A DNA stretch of 61,840 nucleotides, filler included, from Stramenopiles sp. TOSAG23-3 (taxonomy: Eukaryota): the NCBI GenBank assembly GCA_900128585.1. It is 13 parts of 13 records of this genome, joined end to end, with 100 filler letters (N's around TTAATTAATTAA, not from the genome) between each part and the next. Parts side by side here need not be neighbours in the genome. Positions count along the whole stretch, not along the records: positions 52,444 to 57,096 come from LT643746.1; positions 57,197 to 61,840 come from LT643747.1; 11 more parts are not named here. One strand, 5' to 3'. A program made the translations under genes and the position numbers. The notes below the pieces were generated by a model, which searched no databases, was not told where the DNA came from, and saw only the letters and a list, made by a program, of their open reading frames with translations. Position 1 is the stretch's first letter. Each line of letters starts with the position of its first letter. Shown piece by piece: positions 56,301 to 61,840 of the stretch.

Positions 56301-56679
56301 AGATTCCGACGAAGATGGCAAAACTCTGGAAGAGATTGAACAAGACTTGGGTTTCGACGAAGACGTAGAATTGGAGGAGGACGCAGGTTTGGAAGGAGAT
56401 GGGACTCTGGGCATAAATCTGGACGAGGTCGTTGGCGAAAAGGACATGGAAACCGCTGATGAGGACGAGGCGTTCAACGTTGAAGAGGACGGGGACTACA
56501 ACGTTGAAGAAGACGGGGACTACAACGTTGAAGAAGACGGGGACTACAACGTTGAAGAGGACGGGGACTACAACGTTGAAGAAGACGAGGACTACAACGT
56601 TGAAGAAGACGAGGATTACAACGGCAGTGGTGGAGGCGCAGGGGGCAAATCTGCGGAATGGCGAGTAATGACGCGCTAG
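53314..56679 (+). CDS. Large disordered/coiled-coil protein with a hinderin (KIAA1328)-like motif
   Basis: 1121-aa ORF. RLADLCEEDKMKVAKLIEQL followed by a coiled coil resembles the KIAA1328 conserved block. Confidence 0.65.
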   Translation: MQQAVSTPAKAASLPLPKSRIIGGRSAPRTSSLTKSSSRAVAPILRPSSRGKSSKLGSPGGRDETPQERFAKRTIDGAQHRFATSFLRSPTKANGENPVENEGDVVTKSLDRAAWRPAGSAIKASPSTAGARDDVARRSWPGPEAGGLADGNTPAAMMSRKSAVPRSAAKAPPSADRKFAREQSQKNPKSPASRSTPTRGTPASKHSRTPLGSSSSHRKRAGRPSLPATISPASRRRRGTDSARKDKLTPSRQSRLNGSPSSRSQGRTPGRSPGESPSKHDSNEEAAMGAARLADLCEEDKMKVAKLIEQLMKLGAENEMSAAEFGQERNMLQKNLEDAQKLSTDFREQASDVEQKYSKSLEMIKGYQNRLRSLAEEREEAFQESRRAKLEQENLLSREKRMEEELQEARKIAERRRKEIERFAELERSQAAEADTLRAQLISRQAVSKKAAEMAASRSPTGAQGAGDEGDSLITGPALPSAEPVLPNAEPTLPNAEPTPPNAEPTLPSAGPTASPPPADRVLEEGERPSETEFDEYTENAIRTLTPRTKDALTGVTNEVVQKLEEELTSAREALDRLRMEQSKNDSVLNMESSEAAGGLSGEEGRATRKQFGTPPPGSVTEPSAEDAQRRVRIRGTPEMWDGTTMDAMNEPFVTRGYPNGRGEIRSYDDNDFVNQTEADPEAMSRGFMPPAIPSPSKSISPVRPIRRRGKKMAYKQEEEKEEDLDSLEEFERYRAERMPDEGRPPAIVRMWGQSQTGHVKRILPSKKKKAGKKRVSKVAQVHRNKAKKEAPVVALGSSLTEDYFKNESRGEDFYQASLFDLVDEMESIDLDNSRASIVDGDFGSERSIMEGKENLSVVSSASMFHGTGYRLAPAPEAVSRRRKGKKQGKRPFGKSRKMKLEELDADVWWENVGSKMNPNKNVSKKRPVRIMPPGGRNGDYWGTYSNRFGSKHPIPQRKKKKKKKAPQPSMEALLARLSHEAVDEEFLSSNLADVKDSDEDGKTLEEIEQDLGFDEDVELEEDAGLEGDGTLGINLDEVVGEKDMETADEDEAFNVEEDGDYNVEEDGDYNVEEDGDYNVEEDGDYNVEEDEDYNVEEDEDYNGSGGGAGGKSAEWRVMTR
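54748..54852 (+). repeat. Coding 21-bp tandem repeat x5 (LPNAEPT)
   Basis: CTGCCCAATGCCGAGCCAACG units, seen directly. Confidence 0.9.
56476..56622 (+). repeat. Coding 24-bp tandem repeat x6 (NVEED[G/E]DY)
   Basis: AACGTTGAAGARGACGRGGAYTAC units, seen directly. Confidence 0.92.
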
Positions 56680-57196
56680 AGAGAAGATAGTATCATACAC
56701 ATAAATACAAGAAAATTGGCTGATATTTAAGTAATTAAAATTAAAATGTACACTGCGAACTGAAACCTAGATTTAGACATAATTCTAGGTTTTACTAAAT
56801 CGATATTACCCTTGTCACTTAGTCTTGACTATCATACTAGATAAAAACAAACTAAAACATACTATATAATTTGTTTATATCTAACTATATTTGTTTTTTT
56901 TCATTCTCAGATGTACTCCATTTATGATCTGAATCAGTAGGTGGATTAGCAGTGCTTCCACATGACCCATAATCAACTTCCTCATCCGGTGTCCCACTCA
57001 TAGATGACTCATTTCCATATAAAAACAAGAAAATTGGCTGTTATTTAAGTAATTAAATTTAGCTTCGTCGTACCCTAATCCTAACTTGATTCTGTANNNN
57101 NNNNNNNNNNNNNNNNNNNNNNNNNNNNNNNNNNNNNNNNTTAATTAATTAANNNNNNNNNNNNNNNNNNNNNNNNNNNNNNNNNNNNNNNNNNNN

Positions 57197-59575
57197 GAAG
57201 AAATGCATAAAGAAAACCAGGCCCTTGTGCAGCCGGAGATCCAGAAAGTCACTGACTCGATAGCCTCCCTGAAGGAAGATCTGGCCAGCACCGAGCGTGC
57301 GTACGAGGCCGAGAAGAAGCGCAGGGCCGACATCAGCGCCCGGATCGACCAGGTCCGGGAGGAGCAGGCCGAGCTGGAAGACGAGGAGGCCGAGAAGACC
57401 TCGCTGCTGGCAAAGCTGCAGAACGACCCGGAGCGCATAAGAAAGCAAGCGGCTGTCGTCGAAAAGGCTGTCGTCAACTTGGACGCGGAGCTTCTGCGGT
57501 TGGAGGAGAAGATTAAACAGTGCGACACGGAGTTGGACCACCAGAAGATGAAGCGCAAGGAGGTAGAGGCGGTCTCCAACGATTTGGGAAGAAAGCTGGA
57601 GCTGCACCGCAAAACCATCGAGCAGCGAGAGAAGGAGGTGGACACCGTGCGAAAGACCCTGGACTACGAAAGGCACCAGCACCAAAAGTTATTAGAACAG
57701 AAGGTTGAGCTGGAGCTGAAGGACAAGGAGGCCCGCGAAAACCTGCGCCACGCGATGGAGCAGACCACCATGGCGAACAAGGAGTTCGACTCGCTGAAGC
57801 GAAAGATCAAAAAGAAGCAAGGCATGCTCGACAGCGCCCTTGCCCTGCTCCCTGGCTTAGAGACCCAGCGGCACGACGCCGAAAGCGAGCTGGCGACGTA
57901 CAAGGCGGAGTGCTCAAAGCTGAAGAAGACGCTGAAGGAAATGAAGCAAGAGGTCGACGTCTCAATCGCAACATTCCTCCAGAAGGAAGTGTTGGAGAAG
58001 GACAAGAAGGAGCAGCTGGAGCAGCAGCTCAAGGTCATCAAAGGCTTGGAAGTTCAAATTACGAAATGGGCGGCAGAGGAGCACCGGCAGAACAAGACCA
58101 TCCAAATCCTTAGTGCGCAGCGCGAAATAAAGGCGAGGGAGGCGTCCAAGGCCGCGGCGCTCGAGAAGGAGACGAGGGAAGAAGTGAACGTCAAAGAGTT
58201 GATCATTGTCGATTTAGGAAAAAAATTTAGCGAGACGAACAACCGTTTGAAGGAGTTTAGTGCCCTGTACGACGTTGTGAAGAACGAGCGCAACAAGTAC
58301 GTCAATTTGATCCAGGCCAGCAGCCAGGCGCTCGCAGAGATGAAGGAGAAGATCAAAATACTGCAGAACGAGGTGGAAATTCTTAGAAATGAAAGCTTGG
58401 CAAAGGACCGGGCGTTGCAGAAGGAGCGCTTGTCCCACCAGACAGCGCAGATAGCGCGCGACCAGTTGCGCTTAGACACCAACAAGAACGTCGCGGTGTA
58501 TCGCAAGAAACAGCAAATAGTAGAGCAGCAGATCGTTGAGATCGACAAGCTCAATTCCATCATCAACGGGATGGAAAAGGAAATGTTGAACTTGAAGAAG
58601 GATTACGAACACGCCGTGGAGGCTAGAAACTACACCGGCGTGCAGCTCATCGACCGGAACGACGAGCTTTGCATTTTGTACGAAAAGGCGAACATCCAGG
58701 AGGAAACCCTGAAGCGCGGCGAAATTGGTTTGCGAAAAGTCGAGGAGGAGATTCGCATGGTCAAGCTTCAGGTCGCAGAAGTTCAGCGACAGATCGAGGT
58801 GACCAGGAAGCACATTCCCAACCTCCCAGAGTACGCCGCGCACATTGTAGCGTTGAAAGAACAGTTGAAAAAGGAGGAAGAGGTGACAGATTCCTTGTGT
58901 AGGAATTTAGAGAACCCGGACAACACCGGAAGATGGCGTGCCCTCGGGGGAGAGGATCCGGACGTAGAAACCTTGAACGCGAAGATCCAAGTCTTGGAAG
59001 AGCGCTTGAACGATAAGAAAGAGGCGCTGTTAGAAAAGGAGCTTGTTTTGGAAGAGGTCACTGCCCTCAGTGACAAGCTTCGGGCCCAAGCCTCGGACGG
59101 CCGCGAGGATACACTGAACCTTGCCAAGCGCGTGAACGAGTTCCAGGCCAGGATCAAGGAAGTAACTCGCAAAATGATGGCAACCGTGTCCGAGCTGAGT
59201 ATGTACCAGGCCACGGCGATGAAGCTTCAGCAGACGAAGCACGACCGAGAGATGGAGCTTGAAGATGCCCAATGGCGCCTGGAACAAGGCCAAGCGCCCA
59301 CCGAAGCGGCCGAGCACGCATGGTACAGGAAGGAGAGAGAACGTTTGCGCCGCGCCGAATCTGCAGCATCGCAGAACGGTCCACAACGCATGCAAGACGG
59401 GATGGTCCCCACTGCCGTCGTCCGCACGACCGCGGAGCCTCGTCCAAATGCGTACATTCCAGACGAAATCGGGATCCCCAAACCGTACGGTGCGCTTGCC
59501 CCTTTCAAACCAATGCAACAGGGAGCCTCGATGCGACACATCAGAAAGCCGAAGCCACGGGAGATCGAAATCTAA
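57197..59575 (+). CDS. CCDC146: Coiled-coil domain-containing protein 146 (MBO2), 5' partial
   Basis: LYDVVKNERNKYVNLIQ, GVQLIDRNDELCILYEK, MATVSELSM, and C-terminal TTAEPRPNAYIP...PKPYGALAPFKP...MRHIRKP...EIEI. Confidence 0.92.
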   Translation, partial: EEMHKENQALVQPEIQKVTDSIASLKEDLASTERAYEAEKKRRADISARIDQVREEQAELEDEEAEKTSLLAKLQNDPERIRKQAAVVEKAVVNLDAELLRLEEKIKQCDTELDHQKMKRKEVEAVSNDLGRKLELHRKTIEQREKEVDTVRKTLDYERHQHQKLLEQKVELELKDKEARENLRHAMEQTTMANKEFDSLKRKIKKKQGMLDSALALLPGLETQRHDAESELATYKAECSKLKKTLKEMKQEVDVSIATFLQKEVLEKDKKEQLEQQLKVIKGLEVQITKWAAEEHRQNKTIQILSAQREIKAREASKAAALEKETREEVNVKELIIVDLGKKFSETNNRLKEFSALYDVVKNERNKYVNLIQASSQALAEMKEKIKILQNEVEILRNESLAKDRALQKERLSHQTAQIARDQLRLDTNKNVAVYRKKQQIVEQQIVEIDKLNSIINGMEKEMLNLKKDYEHAVEARNYTGVQLIDRNDELCILYEKANIQEETLKRGEIGLRKVEEEIRMVKLQVAEVQRQIEVTRKHIPNLPEYAAHIVALKEQLKKEEEVTDSLCRNLENPDNTGRWRALGGEDPDVETLNAKIQVLEERLNDKKEALLEKELVLEEVTALSDKLRAQASDGREDTLNLAKRVNEFQARIKEVTRKMMATVSELSMYQATAMKLQQTKHDREMELEDAQWRLEQGQAPTEAAEHAWYRKERERLRRAESAASQNGPQRMQDGMVPTAVVRTTAEPRPNAYIPDEIGIPKPYGALAPFKPMQQGASMRHIRKPKPREIEI

Positions 59576-59802
59576 TAAATACAATAATCATCAACAATAT
59601 AGTAATAAAAACGTTTACTTCTTGCGGCGACAAAACATAAGGGAAAAAAAGCATTTTTTCCTTTCTCGTATTTTCAAAGAGTACCTTATCTAAAAATTAA
59701 AGCGGTACATTACTCTCTGCGTTTTGGTTTATTTTTTCTATGAATTTAAAACAAAAAATTGGCTATGATAGTTATTTATATGAATTTTAAAAGTTATTCA
59801 TA

Positions 59803-60963
59803 TCATTCCTTGCACTGACGTTTTCTCATCAACCGTTCCGTCAACGGCATTGTCAAATACAATTCAGCATCGTCATCAAACGCTAAATCAACGTCGATCG
59901 TTTGGCCGGTGCTGCTGGTGCTGGCGCTGCTCTTCTGTTCCCGTTTGGGTTGACCGCCCTCGCCGCCAGCAGCACTCCCATCATCACGCAGATTTCTTTT
60001 CCTTCTCTTTCTCGCTCGTTGCATGGTTTCACTGCTGCCCTCGTCACGTTCAGTCGTTAAGTCCAACACTGTTTGGGATTTGGAAGTTTTTCTTGACGAT
60101 GCACCAGCAGCAGCACCCTCCGGTGAATCTCTTTTCGCAAAATTAAACGTTACAAGATCACGGACCCAACAGTATACCATCCATTTACAATCGAAGCTGA
60201 ACCCAGCGATATTCACACTGCTCCCAGATTTGTTTCGTTGGGTATACTTTCTGTCCCATGAATCCGCAAACAAAATCTTCGATTCGTTGTACCCAACTGC
60301 GACACGGCAATGTTCGTTCACATTTACAACGACTGGTATGCCATTGTCGATTTGTTTCTCAATGTAAAAGGCTATTTCATAAATATGCTTCATTTTTGCG
60401 TATTGACCCTGCGGAATATTGTATCGCCTTACCATAAAGTCTTCATCGTTCACCCAAAACTTTTCGTTGAAGCATTGCTCCCGCTGGTCTGCGCTTCTCA
60501 AGGGCATGTACACCAGTCCTTTGTGAGATTTTATGATCGGTTTCGATATCATGTCCAGCGCTTCTCCCAGGTCACCGGACGCATCCAAATTACCAATCTG
60601 CATTGGTGGCTTCCAGTATTTTCTCCAGCTTCTTTTGATTTTGGGATAGGGTACCTTCAAAAAGTGTTTGGTGTGGCCGTGAAGCTCAAACGCGTTAAAA
60701 ATGGCCACCATCGAGCACGCACCGTTTTGCCCTTGGTCTATCCCATTGTATTTATGGACATCGATGATAGCGTTTGGGAAGTTGTGAACGATGGATTTTC
60801 GTTCGTGGACCACTCTTGGACTGGATATGTCTTTGTATTCCCCAACTAAATATTTTGCCTCCCCTTCGTGCCCCCTAAAATCACGCAGCTGGGCACGAGG
60901 AACGCGCGTCATTTTGTACTTCTTTGACAACTCTGCTCGTTTCCCTTGGTAAGAATCCATCAT
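59803..60963 (-). CDS. Papain-fold cysteine protease-like protein with a basic/acidic C-terminal tail
   Basis: IDQGQNGACSMVA (oxyanion Gln and catalytic Cys) and HCRVAVGYNESKILFADSW (His...Asp in place of the usual H..VGY...NSW). Confidence 0.7.
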   Translation of the reverse strand: MMDSYQGKRAELSKKYKMTRVPRAQLRDFRGHEGEAKYLVGEYKDISSPRVVHERKSIVHNFPNAIIDVHKYNGIDQGQNGACSMVAIFNAFELHGHTKHFLKVPYPKIKRSWRKYWKPPMQIGNLDASGDLGEALDMISKPIIKSHKGLVYMPLRSADQREQCFNEKFWVNDEDFMVRRYNIPQGQYAKMKHIYEIAFYIEKQIDNGIPVVVNVNEHCRVAVGYNESKILFADSWDRKYTQRNKSGSSVNIAGFSFDCKWMVYCWVRDLVTFNFAKRDSPEGAAAGASSRKTSKSQTVLDLTTERDEGSSETMQRARKRRKRNLRDDGSAAGGEGGQPKREQKSSASTSSTGQTIDVDLAFDDDAELYLTMPLTERLMRKRQCKE

Positions 60964-61840
60964 AACGAACTAGACTGTTACACCCAATATATACAATGTG
61001 TTTGTTGGTAACATTATTATTTTTAATTCCTATTCATAAAATTTGTTCAACGTTATTTTTTAAATTATATACACACAGACATATATATACAAAGAAATAA
61101 TTATTATTATATAGTGGTGAATGAATAATATATTATTATTATTATTATTATTATGTAAAAAATGAAGAATGTGTTTGTGTTGTGTTGTTTGTTTATTGAT
61201 TCATTTCTTCTTCTTCTTTTTTTTTTTATTATTGGTATTTTATTATTATTGGTGGACGTACCGGTACCGGGTGGTAGAGAAAAGAGAGAGAGCTTCTTCT
61301 TCCTTTTTTTTTTTAAATTATTATTGCATAGACACAGCATTAAATGTATTACTCATTTTACTAAAACTATGATATTTTTTTACATCACCACTCTACTCTC
61401 ACCCTCCTCAAAAGATTATTTTTTTATTCTATTATTCTTCTTCACTCAACAAACAGCACAGCATGCAGAACTAAAAACAAAAAACAAAAAACAAAAAATA
61501 AAAAATTTATTATTTATTTTATTATTATTATGATGATGAATGAGCTCACTAAAACTCTTTTGGTAAAAAAAAAAAATTTCAAAATGTTTTTGAATTATTT
61601 ATTAATTTATTGAACATGCCTTTTTGTGTATGTATATAAAATATATGAATAGACATATTTTCACACAACAGTATTTCCTTGGTTCTTCATTGAATGGAAC
61701 TTGTATCTTTCTTTTTGTAGTAGTTCTTTCCTTGTTGGTAATACAATTAAAACAAGTTGTCTGTGTGTGTGTGTGTGTGTTTGTGTACGTACGCGTCCGT
61801 CCGTCCGTCCCTTTGGAAGGTAAGAATGGCATCTATGGCT

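Noticed and set aside
56476-56622. CRISPR-like repeat array
   Set aside because: The units are head-to-tail with no spacers and lie in frame in a CDS.
4688-57196. Regularly spaced TTAATTAATTAA motifs every ~4.75 kb, resembling a repeat array or nanochromosome ends
   Set aside because: Each sits in an identical N44 context and contig lengths are sorted, so these are artificial six-frame-stop linkers.
1-61840. Alternative genetic code or stop-codon reassignment
   Set aside because: Conserved genes translate fully in the standard code and end in TAA, TAG and TGA.

Overview
Eukaryotic nuclear DNA from a flagellated protist. Ciliary genes are present (RSPH1-like MORN protein, CFAP52, CCDC146). 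Genes are GC-rich and mostly intronless, separated by very AT-rich spacers and (GAA)n/(GAAA)n tracts. The gene repertoire looks stramenopile-like, which is an inference. The window is not one locus: it is 13 contigs of about 4.65-4.69 kb, sorted by decreasing length and joined by artificial 100-nt linkers (N44-TTAATTAATTAA-N44), so gene neighbourhoods cannot be read across linkers. About 25 protein-coding genes are recognisable; no rRNA, tRNA or CRISPR array was seen. The strongest candidates for something new are: (1) a contig-filling NRPS reading frame with the order flavin monooxygenase / oxalate-CoA-ligase-like adenylation / carrier / heterocyclization (Cy) / adenylation; (2) a chromodomain with an intact aromatic cage fused to a ~8-helix membrane domain, a possible LBR-analogous heterochromatin tether; (3) a dispersed non-coding element (ACAAGAAAATTGGCTGTTATTT plus a CCAACCCTAATCCT module) sitting mostly just 3' of genes on unrelated contigs; (4) several unusual domain fusions. 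Likely artefacts are flagged: two +1 G homopolymer frameshifts and a 79-bp terminal inverted duplication.
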